A stretch of 64,000 bases of DNA, taken from assembly GCA_963786955.1 (NCBI GenBank), contig CAWBAT010000008.1, positions 96,001-160,000 of the forward strand, read 5' to 3'. A program made the translations under genes and the position numbers. Each line of letters begins with the position of its first letter. The stretch's first letter is position 1. Positions 40,930 to 50,907 of the stretch are shown here, piece by piece. The stretch comes from an uncultured Acidimicrobiia bacterium (GTDB lineage Bacteria; Acidobacteriota; Terriglobia; Versatilivoradales; Versatilivoraceae). The notes beneath the pieces are model-generated. The model was not told the DNA's origin. It made no database searches and saw nothing but the letters and a program-made list of their open reading frames with translations.

Positions 40930-42487
40930 GGTTGAGCTCCTTAATGACGATTTCCACTGAATACGTTCGCTTCGGCTCAGGGGTTAACGCGAGCCGATAA
41001 TAGCCATCCCGGCTCAGGGCAAGGGTCTTGCCATTCAAGCGCGCGCGCGGATTCCCTATTTTCCAAAGAACCTCGAAATCAGCGCCGCGATAATGAATAC
41101 GAGCTCTGGCGGGGGTGATTCGTTCGGGAATGGCCGCTCGAAACCGAAGTTCATCGCCCTCGACTTCGATTCCCAAGACAGCTTCAAAAAATCCCCAGAT
41201 GAAACCTCCGTTGTTCATCAGGAGGCCGCGGCAATTATTGGGCTCGCCTGTTTTTCCGTCATAAGCCTCAAAAAATCCTACATCGGTTACCTTGGGGCGG
41301 GTCGCCAAAAGATCGGCCACACGCAGGGCGCCTGAGACGTCTTTCAGAAGGGCTCGAGCCCGCATATCCGGCGCAGCGACCAGCGTCCAGATTCCACCAT
41401 TCCAATAATATTCCGCCCGGTTGCTGCACAACCCTTCTTTAAATAGACCAATCCGGACGCGGCAGGGGACAATTTCCTCGATTTCCGCTCGATGCACCTC
41501 GAGCTTTTTGAGAATTCGCACGCTTTGTTCGGGGTCGGCCAATCCGCAGGCAACGGCGTGCAGGTTATTTCCGGTGATCCAGTCGTCATGGGGGGTGCCG
41601 TTCCTTTCCACCCAGGCCAGAAACCCATCCGTTTTGGGGTTCCACAAAATTTTTTGGATGGCCTGGCGCACACGCCTGGCTTTTTCCAGGCGCCGTGTCG
41701 CCTCGGGATTCTTTCCCAGAATATTTTCAAGCAACCCGAGCCGTCGAAGTGCTTCGTAGTAAAACAGGGCGGCACCAAAATCTTTCCAAGCGTTGGCGGA
41801 CGTGTCTCCAATATAAGTCACGCTGGAACATGCGCAACCACCTGGGCCGATCGGCCCGGGAAATTCTTGCGTCCGTCCCTCCGGGAGAAGATCCCCATCC
41901 AAATCCCGCGCCGAAAGATAATCGACTACTTCCAAGCACTTCGGGTAGAGATCCGAGGCGAACTGCCGGTCTCCCGTGATTTCATAAGTCCTGACAACTT
42001 CCAGGATGAACTCTGCCGAGCGGTCCAAGTCGTAGCCGGGATCCGGATTAAACTTTGGAGTGCGGCCGTCGGCCGAAACCGCCCAGGGAACCGGAGGATG
42101 TCCCGGATCAGCCTTAACGTGTTGGGCAATTTTTTTCAACTCCCTGCGGAATATTTGGTGTTGATCCTCGCCACCGATGAAGAGCCCACCGTATAACCCA
42201 AAGTACAAATCATTCAAGACCGTGTCGGTTCCCCAACTTCGTCCCGCATCGGCGCAGTGGGTTTGATTATTGACCGTACAGTTCAGGATTCCTGCGCGAG
42301 ACTTGGCGAGTGCAGCTAAAAATTTCGAATCGACACATTCCAACAAACCATATTCTCTGGCGGCCGCCGGTTTTGGTTGCAGGTTGTCATTGCCCATTGA
42401 CACGAGAAAGGACTCGTATGGTGGGAAAGCCGCTCCGGCAGCAATTCCTGCTACTTTCAGGAAATCTCGTCGCCGCAATTCCTTCAT
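40919..42487 (-). CDS. Tat-exported (alpha/alpha)6 six-hairpin glycosidase-like protein
   Basis: RRRDFLK; DLDGDLLPE, YWNGGIW, GFFEAY patterns; GGAGG RBS before ATG at 42487. Confidence 0.65.
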   Translation of the reverse strand: MKELRRRDFLKVAGIAAGAAFPPYESFLVSMGNDNLQPKPAAAREYGLLECVDSKFLAALAKSRAGILNCTVNNQTHCADAGRSWGTDTVLNDLYFGLYGGLFIGGEDQHQIFRRELKKIAQHVKADPGHPPVPWAVSADGRTPKFNPDPGYDLDRSAEFILEVVRTYEITGDRQFASDLYPKCLEVVDYLSARDLDGDLLPEGRTQEFPGPIGPGGCACSSVTYIGDTSANAWKDFGAALFYYEALRRLGLLENILGKNPEATRRLEKARRVRQAIQKILWNPKTDGFLAWVERNGTPHDDWITGNNLHAVACGLADPEQSVRILKKLEVHRAEIEEIVPCRVRIGLFKEGLCSNRAEYYWNGGIWTLVAAPDMRARALLKDVSGALRVADLLATRPKVTDVGFFEAYDGKTGEPNNCRGLLMNNGGFIWGFFEAVLGIEVEGDELRFRAAIPERITPARARIHYRGADFEVLWKIGNPRARLNGKTLALSRDGYYRLALTPEPKRTYSVEIVIKELNRGK

Positions 42488-42546
42488 CGGTGCCTCCAAA
42501 CGATCTACACGGCTTGATGCTTTTGTCTTCAAGCCACAGATGAATG

Positions 42547-42594
42547 ATCGGCTCCCCTCCCCCTATCGCGGGAGAGATGCCGGGGGTGAAGGGG
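42547..42594. repeat. REP family B copy
   Basis: ATCGGCTCCCCTCCCCCTATCGCGGGAGAGATGCCGGGGGTGAAGGGG. Confidence 0.6.
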
Positions 42595-42737
42595 ACCGAA
42601 CTCAGCCCCTTCGGAATACCGAAGCAAAGTGAATGCAAATTGGTAGGATCCGCTGTCTGCAAATCGTAGCAATGCATATCTACTTTATTCTGCCAATCAC
42701 CTGATTAGTCGGTCCCTTTACCTCTCTCGAAATAATC

Positions 42738-44807
42738 TTATTTGAGTGTCAATTCTAATGTTGTCGCAGAATGGGCAGGTAATTGTTGAGTGAATCTATC
42801 GCTCAAACCAGTAAGCCGTTGGTGCTGAACTTTAACTGGAGCGACCCCGAAATTGTTCAAAGACAAAAAGCTTTCCGAGGCGATTTGCCACAGATCACCA
42901 CTGGGCTCTACGGAACGGCCAAGGAGGCGGATTTGAACGCTCAAGGGCTCGGCTTCTTTCAGGTTCAGAAGATGCAAGAAAAGTTTACGTCCATCCTCCG
43001 AAAGAGTTGCGGTAGCGTCAAGGTATGGAATATTTTTCCAGCCGGCCTCTGGAACATCGTACATGGGAGATTGCTGCTCCACCTTGAGAAGCTTGGAGCC
43101 TGAGTGCGGCCCATAGATCTGCAGGGCTGTTCCCGAAGCCGTAATATAGGCTTCCGTACTGCTGGTACGAATGGTGCCCGTACTGTTGACCAGGTGAGTC
43201 CTACAGGCCAGGGGCAGTCGATCTCCGAGGCGCATGAAAACATGAAACATTCGGGCTGCAAATAAAGCCTGTTCCTGAGGCTGGTTAAAATCCCCACCGT
43301 ATTTGATGATCATATCCACGAGTCGAGCAAAGGAGGAATCCTTAGGCAGGCCCGGCGGCTCAGGACCGAAATCCGCCTCATTCCATTCGTCCAAAGCAAT
43401 CTGAATTTTCTTGGATCCCGTATTCGCCGCGTCAATCTTCGCGATTCTCTCGCGCAGAGTTTGCTCGACAAAAATGGGAGCCGCCACCACCGACCGGTAG
43501 AATTCCACAGGATGATTGAGATAAAACGGCGACTGGAAACCGAGCGCATAATAATAATGGATGGAGAGTAGATCGGCATGCTGTCCGCTGATCCGGGCGA
43601 CCGTCTCATTCCAATTACTCGTGGAGTCCAGGGTGTCGCCGACGGCAACAATTTGTAGTCCGGAATCGGCTTTGCGCATCGCATCTGCAAACTGGTTGAA
43701 ATACATGGCGTAACCTTCCGGAGTGGAGTGTCCTGGCTGGATGCTCAACCAGCTTTCATTGCCGACCCCCCAACTCTTTACGTGATAGGGCTCCGGGTGG
43801 CCGTTAGAAGCGCGGCGTGCCCCCCATTCTGAATTTCCGGGTCCATTGCAATATTCCACCCACTGGCGAGCCAGTTCCGGGCTGCCCGAGCCGAAATTCA
43901 CCGTGATGTAGGGCTGGGCCCCGACTAATCTGCAAAAGTGAATGAACTCGTCGGTCCCAAAATCGCTGGGATCGACCCGGGAGTCATAGCTATCCTGATT
44001 GGCATAGACCCCGACGGTGTGGGGTGCTCGTCGGTCTCGTGGGCCGATCGCTACTCGCCAATCATAAGTATCCGCAAAACCGCCCCCCGGCCAACGCAGG
44101 AGCGGGGGAGACATGGTCTTGGCCAACTCCACAACTTCTCTCCTGAATCCATCGACATGATCGCCGGGCATCAAGGAAGCGCCGCCGATCCAGACGATTC
44201 CGGGATGATTGAAGCGTATGCTGAAAACTGCGGGGTGAAGCCCATTGACCGGTTCTAATTTGAAATCGTAGCGATGCCAATCGCCTTGCTGTAAGGAGGT
44301 TTCAGAGCGGGCCAGGATTGTTCCATCCCGCTTCTCCAGTACGAAAGAAACCGTCTGAACGGCCGGTTCAGCTTTAATCCAAGCGTACCCTACGTATTCC
44401 TTTCCTCCAATCACTTCAAACCCGCTTTGCCATACTCCTCGCCATTCATTGGATAAGCCGGACAGGACGATTCGCTGTGAGGAGACTCCATCGATCGAGA
44501 GGTTACGATCAATCGCATAGCTGACATTCCTCTCCTCCGGATCTCCTGCCCAAGGGGCAGCGATGTTCATCTGTCCGACAGCGTCGAAGGGGTAGAATTT
44601 TCTATTCTGCAGCAGTTCAGCCCAGATGCCATGCTCGACCACACGGCCGTAGTGCTCAATAAACTGCCCGTATATTCCCGGGTTGATGGTATGCAATGGA
44701 GCGTTTATGTTGACTTCAAGTTCGGCCTGAACTTGGGCCATTCCTTGGATCGGAAAGGTCACCAGGATCATTCCTAAGAAGAGCTTCGTTATATTGGGCC
44801 CGCGCAT
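42738..44807 (-). CDS. GH51 alpha-L-arabinofuranosidase with CBM4/9-like insert
   Basis: Signal peptide; IYGQFIEH, RWPGG, FGTDEF, WVEYCN, GNE (acid/base), DEWN (nucleophile). Confidence 0.9.
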   Translation of the reverse strand: MRGPNITKLFLGMILVTFPIQGMAQVQAELEVNINAPLHTINPGIYGQFIEHYGRVVEHGIWAELLQNRKFYPFDAVGQMNIAAPWAGDPEERNVSYAIDRNLSIDGVSSQRIVLSGLSNEWRGVWQSGFEVIGGKEYVGYAWIKAEPAVQTVSFVLEKRDGTILARSETSLQQGDWHRYDFKLEPVNGLHPAVFSIRFNHPGIVWIGGASLMPGDHVDGFRREVVELAKTMSPPLLRWPGGGFADTYDWRVAIGPRDRRAPHTVGVYANQDSYDSRVDPSDFGTDEFIHFCRLVGAQPYITVNFGSGSPELARQWVEYCNGPGNSEWGARRASNGHPEPYHVKSWGVGNESWLSIQPGHSTPEGYAMYFNQFADAMRKADSGLQIVAVGDTLDSTSNWNETVARISGQHADLLSIHYYYALGFQSPFYLNHPVEFYRSVVAAPIFVEQTLRERIAKIDAANTGSKKIQIALDEWNEADFGPEPPGLPKDSSFARLVDMIIKYGGDFNQPQEQALFAARMFHVFMRLGDRLPLACRTHLVNSTGTIRTSSTEAYITASGTALQIYGPHSGSKLLKVEQQSPMYDVPEAGWKNIPYLDATATLSEDGRKLFLHLLNLKEAEPLSVQIRLLGRSVEPSGDLWQIASESFLSLNNFGVAPVKVQHQRLTGLSDRFTQQLPAHSATTLELTLK

Positions 44808-45014
44808 TTTCAGCCTTCCTTTCCCTTATGATAGAAAAATAGATGAGTAGATGATTTTTCACAGATTCTGCCAATCCCTGTTCCCTTGTAGTAAACTCAT
44901 CTCGAATTGTAGGAGGGTTGCTGCCCCCAAGCAAGCTGTGCCTGAACGGGAGGCAAGGTACGGTGAAGACGGAGAAGTTTGTTGCTTTTGACGATACCTC
45001 TGCGCAGGTTTTCG

Positions 45015-45064
45015 CCCCCCCCTCACCCCCAACCCCTCTCCCGCGTTGGGGCGAGGGGAGCCGA
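45015..45064. repeat. REP family B copy
   Basis: CCCCTCACCCCCAACCCCTCTCCCGCGTTGGGGCGAGGGGAGCCGA. Confidence 0.7.
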
Positions 45065-45156
45065 AAATCTTCAGCGTTCTCGATACCTTGCTCACGCTTG
45101 GAGGAGAGGGCAACCGAAGATCTCTTGATTTGAATTCGAGAGGGAGGAAAACAATC

Positions 45157-47169
45157 ATGGATAGGCGAAAGTTCCTCAAAAACTCTCTGTTCGCATTGGG
45201 CGGCTCCGCTTTGACAGCAGGTTTGGAGTCCTGCAAACCCTCCAGTGTGGCAAAGTTGAACAAGAACACGAAACTCGTGATTGATTACCCACAAAAGAAC
45301 ATCCCGGTACTCGAACTCCCGCCTTGCCGCGGTGAGTGGTATGAAGACATCATCCCCGACACGCTCGACATTGCGAGCCGCTCCGAGTTGGCGATCAACG
45401 CACTAACCGGGATTACCGATCCCGATGCAGACTACGAGGTCTATTGGCAGGCCGAGCTTTTCCGTAATCCTCCGATCATGATGCATGACCATAATGACTG
45501 GGTGGCCAGCGTTGAGGGATTCATGGAAGCACTGCCGCTACTGCGGGCGGCCACGGGAAGCGATCTGAACACGCAGGTGGATTTGGCTTGGATGCAAGTG
45601 AACCTAAAGACCGTTGGGTCGGACGGCCTGGTCTACGAAATACTCAGCGGAACTCCGTGGAGCCGGCTCAATCCCTGGAGCTTCGCAACGGTTTGGAAAG
45701 CTGATGGAAGGAGCACCAGCGCCGCAGATGAGTCGGTGAAACTGGCCACCACTCCGGCGAAATGTGGGCGAGTCATCGGGGCCATGACGGTTTATTACCT
45801 TCGCGATAGAAACCCCGTCTGGATGCAAACGAGTGAGCGGATGATTCAGCGTTTGCTGGAATTGACGGTTGACCGGGGTGACTTTGCGTATGTTCCTTGG
45901 GGCGCCTACGAGCCTCACGCAAAATACGGTCCCCAAGCCAAGATGCCAACTGGGTTTGACTCCGTCGACTACGGAAACATCCGAATGATTCAGGGCCTGG
46001 CGCAATACTACCGGGTAACCGGGTACGAGCCTGCTCGTCAATTAGCCGCGAAACTAGTGGCCTACGGGATGGGGCCTGCGGAGTACTATGACGAACAAGG
46101 GCGCTTCCTTTTTTCACCACTGGAACGAGAAGCGCTGATGACCTCAACGCGGATGAAGAGGAATTACCCGGAGGCAAAGGATGCCAAGTTGGGCGGGCAT
46201 TTCCACGCCCATACCATCGGAATGATCAGCATCCTGGAGTATGCCGCGGCGGTGAAGGATCAAAAGGCGCTGCACTATATCAACTCGGGATTCCAGTGGG
46301 CCATGACCCAGGGCTCAACGCTCGTGGGATTCTTTCCCGAACTGGCCATCAATAATCGCTACCTTACCTGCGAGAGTTGCGAGGTGGCGGATATGATCGG
46401 GATGGGTGTGAAACTGTCCGACGCGGGTGTGGGAGATTATTGGGACGACATCGACCGCTGGGTGCGGAACCAATTCACGGAACAGCAGCTTACCGATGCG
46501 AAATGGTTTTACGAGCTGGCCCAGACTCAGCCTGTGAAGCCGGTGGCATTCAACGAAACAGCCGAGCGGTTGGCGGAGCGGAATATCGGCGCTTTTGCCG
46601 GCTGGGCGAGCGCCAATGAGTGGGCGACGTTGATCGGCATTCAACAATGCTGCCTGGGAAATTCCGCACGGGCACTCTATTATGTGATGGAAAGCATCGT
46701 GCAGACGCAAGGGAAGCAGTTGCGCGTGAATCTGCTGCTCAACCGGGCGACCCGGTGGGTTGACGTGTACAGCTACATCCCATACGAGGGCCGAGTGGAA
46801 CTGAAATTCAAGAAACCCTCTGAGAAAGTGTTGGTCCGTGCTCCTGAGTGGATCAAGAGCGGCAGCCATGAGATTGTGTGTCAAGTAAACGGCGCAAGGC
46901 GAAACTGTCATTGGCAAGGCCGCTATCTGGATGGGGGCCACGCCGTACCGGGCGATAAATTCGTCGTCACATTCCCGATCGCAGAACGGACGGTAAAGGA
47001 GACGATTGGAGATGTCCCCTATACGTTGACTATCAAGGGCAGTACCGTTACTTCGATCGATCCACCCGGTACCATCGGTCCACTTTACAATCGCGCTTAC
47101 TACCGCCAGGAGGAAGCACCCCTTCGGAAAGTAAAACGCTTCCTGCCTGAACAGACCATTGTTTGGTAA
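45157..47169 (+). CDS. Tat-exported distant GH127/GH146-like cysteine glycosidase (beta-L-arabinofuranosidase-like)
   Basis: DRRKFLK; ESC..ADM and CCLGN motifs match the ExC and CC Zn/Cys ligands of GH127; C-terminal PYEG.V..., VRAPEW sandwich. Confidence 0.68.
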   Translation: MDRRKFLKNSLFALGGSALTAGLESCKPSSVAKLNKNTKLVIDYPQKNIPVLELPPCRGEWYEDIIPDTLDIASRSELAINALTGITDPDADYEVYWQAELFRNPPIMMHDHNDWVASVEGFMEALPLLRAATGSDLNTQVDLAWMQVNLKTVGSDGLVYEILSGTPWSRLNPWSFATVWKADGRSTSAADESVKLATTPAKCGRVIGAMTVYYLRDRNPVWMQTSERMIQRLLELTVDRGDFAYVPWGAYEPHAKYGPQAKMPTGFDSVDYGNIRMIQGLAQYYRVTGYEPARQLAAKLVAYGMGPAEYYDEQGRFLFSPLEREALMTSTRMKRNYPEAKDAKLGGHFHAHTIGMISILEYAAAVKDQKALHYINSGFQWAMTQGSTLVGFFPELAINNRYLTCESCEVADMIGMGVKLSDAGVGDYWDDIDRWVRNQFTEQQLTDAKWFYELAQTQPVKPVAFNETAERLAERNIGAFAGWASANEWATLIGIQQCCLGNSARALYYVMESIVQTQGKQLRVNLLLNRATRWVDVYSYIPYEGRVELKFKKPSEKVLVRAPEWIKSGSHEIVCQVNGARRNCHWQGRYLDGGHAVPGDKFVVTFPIAERTVKETIGDVPYTLTIKGSTVTSIDPPGTIGPLYNRAYYRQEEAPLRKVKRFLPEQTIVW

Positions 47170-47243
47170 TTTGTCTGTCAAGTGTTGGTCTTCTGGGGAG
47201 GGGAACAACCTTATCGAAGTAAACATTCATCATCGGAGGCTTA

Positions 47244-49349
47244 ATGAAAGTGTACAAAAACCGTTTTCAGATTCTTAGGCGTCATACAGGTTATCTTTTG
47301 CTTACAGCCTGCTTTTGTCTGGGGGCATCCGAGTCCGGATGGGCGCAAATTCGCGCAGAGTTGCGAGTCACTCCGAGTATTCCACTTCACAAAGTTGATC
47401 CTCACATTTACGGACAGTTCCTCGAACATTTCGGTCGGGTCATTAACGGTGGGTTGTGGGCCGAGTTATTACGCAATCGAAAGTTTTATCCGGTTGATCC
47501 CGACCGCATTCATGTCGCGGATCCCTGGAAACCCGAATCAGACCTCAGCGCCGTCAGCTACGTCATTGATCGGTCGATTACGCTGGATGGAATCTCTTCC
47601 CAGCGGATCTCCACTTTCGGAAAAGAGTCCAGCTGGAGGGGAATCCGCCAAACTGGATTCGATCTGCTGGGTGGGAAAGAATATGTGGCCTATGCCTGGA
47701 TCCGGACCGGATCGGGGAAGGGAAATGTTTCCTTCCGTTTGGAATCGGCTGAAGGTGTCGCCGCCGCCCATGCTGAGGTGCGGTTGGAACCGGGCGACTG
47801 GAAGAAATACGAAGTGCGCCTGACGCCAGATCGCGATTTGCGACCAGCCGTTTTCCGTCTGGCCTTCGATGCTACGGGTCAGAACTGGGTGGGTGAGGCC
47901 TCGCTCATGCCGGCCGACAACATCGGTGGCATGAGGCGTGACGTCATTGAGCTCACAAAGAATCTGGGACCAACCATTATGCGCTGGCCGGGGGGCGGCT
48001 ACAGTGATTCCTACGATTGGCGCAAGGCGATCGGCCCACGCGAACGGCGTCCGCCTCAAGACATCCTGCCTTACGGGCAGCCTTACGGTTATGACAACGG
48101 CATCGACTCCGATGATTTTGGGACCGACGAATACATGAACTTCTGTCGGTTAGTCGGCGCAGATCCTTACATCAGTGCGAATTTTGGTTCGGGAACTCCG
48201 GAAATGGCAGCCCAATGGGTGGAGTACTGTAACGGATCGGTTCAAACGACTATGGGTGCTCGCCGGGCGGCCAATGGTCATCCTGAACCCTACGGAATCA
48301 AATACTGGACGATCGGGAATGAGATTTGGGGATCGTTCGAACTCGGTTGGATGAATGCAGAAGGATACTCGACTTACTATGCCCCGTTTGCCAAAGCCAT
48401 GCGGGCTGTGGACCCGACGATCCAGATCGTTGCCGTGGGCATGTTCCACGACCCGAACGTCCGGACGTGGAATGAGACCGTCCTCCAGCAGGAGTGGCCG
48501 CAGATTGATTTACTTTCTCTCCATCATTATTTTACAGGGCTTTTTGCACTGCCGGAATGGCGGAATAATCCTCTCCAGGCTTACAACGCGATCGTCGCCG
48601 AGCCAACCATTGCGGAACAGCGTGCCCGTGAAATGATCTCTCTGATGGATCAGATCACGGCAGGCCGGAAGAAGATTCTCATTGCTTTCGACGAGTGGAA
48701 TCAATTGACCTTGGATTTCCCTCCGCCCGTCAACACTCCGGAGCGCTCTGAACAGAACCAATTCATTGACCTGTTGAACAAGACGGGTCTGGACATCAAC
48801 TTGACCCATCGGGACGGGATCTTTGGCGCTCGTATGTTGCAGCTCTTCATGCGGCTGGGTGACCGCATCCCGATCGCCATCCGGACTCACCTGATCAACA
48901 GCCTCGGCTCAATCCGCAGTGATAGCACGCGTTCGTACATCACCGCTTCGGGCAAGGTCATGCAGCTCTACCGCTGGCACTCTGGCAGTGAACTCGTCAA
49001 GGTTGAACAGCAGTCTCCCGAGTTTGATGTCCCCGAGCAAGGATGGAAGGGCATCTCTTACCTCGATGCGGCCGCTACACGCTCAGCGGATGGGGCGAAG
49101 CTCTATCTGCATTTGATCAATCTTCACCCGAGTGAATCGATGGGGCTAAAGGTGGCCATCGCCCAAAGCGAGGTGGACCCCAAGGGAGACCTCTGGCAGA
49201 TTGCGCCGCAGGACTTTATCACCAGAAACGACTTCGGTGTGACAAACGTAGAAATCACCCATGAACAAAAGACAGGGTTACGCCCGGAGTTTACTTTACT
49301 CCTCCCACCTCATTCAATTTCAGTACTTGAGCTTCAGCTTCGAAGATAG
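47244..49349 (+). CDS. GH51 alpha-L-arabinofuranosidase with CBM-like insert (paralog of 42738-44807)
   Basis: IYGQFLEH, RWPGG, FGTDEY, WVEYCN, GNE, DEWN. Confidence 0.9.
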   Translation: MKVYKNRFQILRRHTGYLLLTACFCLGASESGWAQIRAELRVTPSIPLHKVDPHIYGQFLEHFGRVINGGLWAELLRNRKFYPVDPDRIHVADPWKPESDLSAVSYVIDRSITLDGISSQRISTFGKESSWRGIRQTGFDLLGGKEYVAYAWIRTGSGKGNVSFRLESAEGVAAAHAEVRLEPGDWKKYEVRLTPDRDLRPAVFRLAFDATGQNWVGEASLMPADNIGGMRRDVIELTKNLGPTIMRWPGGGYSDSYDWRKAIGPRERRPPQDILPYGQPYGYDNGIDSDDFGTDEYMNFCRLVGADPYISANFGSGTPEMAAQWVEYCNGSVQTTMGARRAANGHPEPYGIKYWTIGNEIWGSFELGWMNAEGYSTYYAPFAKAMRAVDPTIQIVAVGMFHDPNVRTWNETVLQQEWPQIDLLSLHHYFTGLFALPEWRNNPLQAYNAIVAEPTIAEQRAREMISLMDQITAGRKKILIAFDEWNQLTLDFPPPVNTPERSEQNQFIDLLNKTGLDINLTHRDGIFGARMLQLFMRLGDRIPIAIRTHLINSLGSIRSDSTRSYITASGKVMQLYRWHSGSELVKVEQQSPEFDVPEQGWKGISYLDAAATRSADGAKLYLHLINLHPSESMGLKVAIAQSEVDPKGDLWQIAPQDFITRNDFGVTNVEITHEQKTGLRPEFTLLLPPHSISVLELQLRR

Positions 49350-49528
49350 AGAAAGTCCGCATTGGGAGGGGAAAGAAGCCGCAGACCGCAGGAAATTCCC
49401 CCAACGTGGGAGAGGGTGTCCGCTAGGTTTTTCAACTCCCCTCCTTGTTTAAGGAGGGGATAAAGGGGTGGTGGTTTTCACCCTACTGCTCATCCTAAGA
49501 AGTCATCGAAATTTTTTTTGTTTCATCA

Positions 49529-50728
49529 CTACTCATACTTCGCTCGGCCAAACAGGGTGAGGCCTACGACGTAAATCATACACAAAGCCGGAACCAGCAT
49601 TGCGACGCGCATCCCGATGTGGTCTCCAATCCAACCTTGTAAGGGCGGGACGACCGCAGCGGCGATGTAGGCTGTGCATAAGAGCCCCGAAATAGTGCCG
49701 TGATAGCCTTCGAAGCTGTTGATCGTGCCACTGAAGAGGAGAGGATAGAGGACTGAGGTGAAAAGCCCACAGCCTGCAAAGCCGATGGCTGTGACCAGCG
49801 TTGATCCGAACATAGCCACGAACACACTGACCAGCGCCATCACCGAGCAGAAGCGCATGACTTGGACAGTTCCAAACCGTTTCATGACGGCGCCGCCGAG
49901 GAGGCGTCCCATGCCCTGCATCCCCAAAAACAGCGCGAAGACGAACGCCGGCAGGCTGGGAAACACTTTCCCCAGAAATGTGGCGGCATTTGGGTTTGAA
50001 ACAGCTGCGGGCACGCCGTGAACATCTTCGAAGAATTTCGGAATCCAGAAATACATTCCTATTTCCGCCGCAGTATAAAGATACACCCCCAGACCGTAGG
50101 TCAGCAGAATCGGGTTGCGCAGCAATTTCCCTATCGCATGGAGATGGATTCCTTCGGTGTCCTTGGCACGGGGTGGGAAAGTGGAAAAGGCCAGAAAGGC
50201 CAGCAACACCAGGCAGACGATGGCGAATAAAAGGTAGTAGGCCTGCCAAGGCCTGCCGGTTCCACGAATGTATGCCAGGAGAAAGATGGCGAGGAACCCT
50301 CCAAACGTGGCACACGCGATCGTGAACGTCAAGTTGCGATGATAGTTCTGCGGCGTATCGAGTTGCTGGATCATGGGGCTGCCACTGGTTTGGAGCATTG
50401 TGATCCCAACACCGATCGCAAAGATCAAGGAAAGCAGCAACAAGTAGCTGTGCGACTGGGAGATCCAATAGCAGCCCAATGCCATCAGCGATACGCCTGC
50501 CAGGATCACTCGTCGCGCGCCGAGGCGATCTGCCAGCAAGCCACTGGGTATCGCGAACAATGACATGGCCACGGAAGCTGCTGACGCCAGCAGGCCTGCT
50601 GCAAAACGACTGAGTTGAAAATCCCGGATGATGTCCGGAGTGAGAGCGCCTAAAACACCCATTAATCCAAAAGTGAAATAGGCAAAAAGCATGACCCAAA
50701 GTAGGGAGGCAGGACGTTGCTGAGGCAC
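49529..50728 (-). CDS. MFS sugar permease (FucP/GluP-like)
   Basis: ~12 TM segments, LADRLGARR, LQTSGSP, YLYTAAEIG, VPPLQGWIGD. Confidence 0.85.
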   Translation of the reverse strand: MPQQRPASLLWVMLFAYFTFGLMGVLGALTPDIIRDFQLSRFAAGLLASAASVAMSLFAIPSGLLADRLGARRVILAGVSLMALGCYWISQSHSYLLLLSLIFAIGVGITMLQTSGSPMIQQLDTPQNYHRNLTFTIACATFGGFLAIFLLAYIRGTGRPWQAYYLLFAIVCLVLLAFLAFSTFPPRAKDTEGIHLHAIGKLLRNPILLTYGLGVYLYTAAEIGMYFWIPKFFEDVHGVPAAVSNPNAATFLGKVFPSLPAFVFALFLGMQGMGRLLGGAVMKRFGTVQVMRFCSVMALVSVFVAMFGSTLVTAIGFAGCGLFTSVLYPLLFSGTINSFEGYHGTISGLLCTAYIAAAVVPPLQGWIGDHIGMRVAMLVPALCMIYVVGLTLFGRAKYE

Positions 50729-50838
50729 GAAAACCTTTCCTTGGTTGAGAGGTGTTTGGAATCTTTGAGGATTGAGGATTAGATCTTATCGACCCTTGAA
50801 ATCCTTGATACTTCTCACTTCAAATTGAATGTGCCTCC

Positions 50839-50863
50839 TGGAGGGTTGGACTCCACGAAACCG
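50839..50863. repeat. Degenerate REP family A copy
   Basis: TGGAGGGTTGGACTCCACGAAACCG. Confidence 0.45.
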
Positions 50864-50907
50864 TCTTTTGGACGGGCGCCTGTCAAGCCAACAGCATAAG
50901 AATACGA

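Noticed and set aside
45046-45156. Extended N-termini from the ORF track (45046, 24544, 20676, 12234, 20421, 11939)
   Set aside because: The extensions translate REP or intergenic DNA; downstream starts with an RBS or signal peptide fit better.
49533-50699. 388 aa same-strand alternative-frame ORF inside the MFS permease
   Set aside because: Stops in this frame need a T-ending codon followed by AA/AG/GA-starting codons, which are rare in a GC-rich hydrophobic transporter; the translation is not protein-like.
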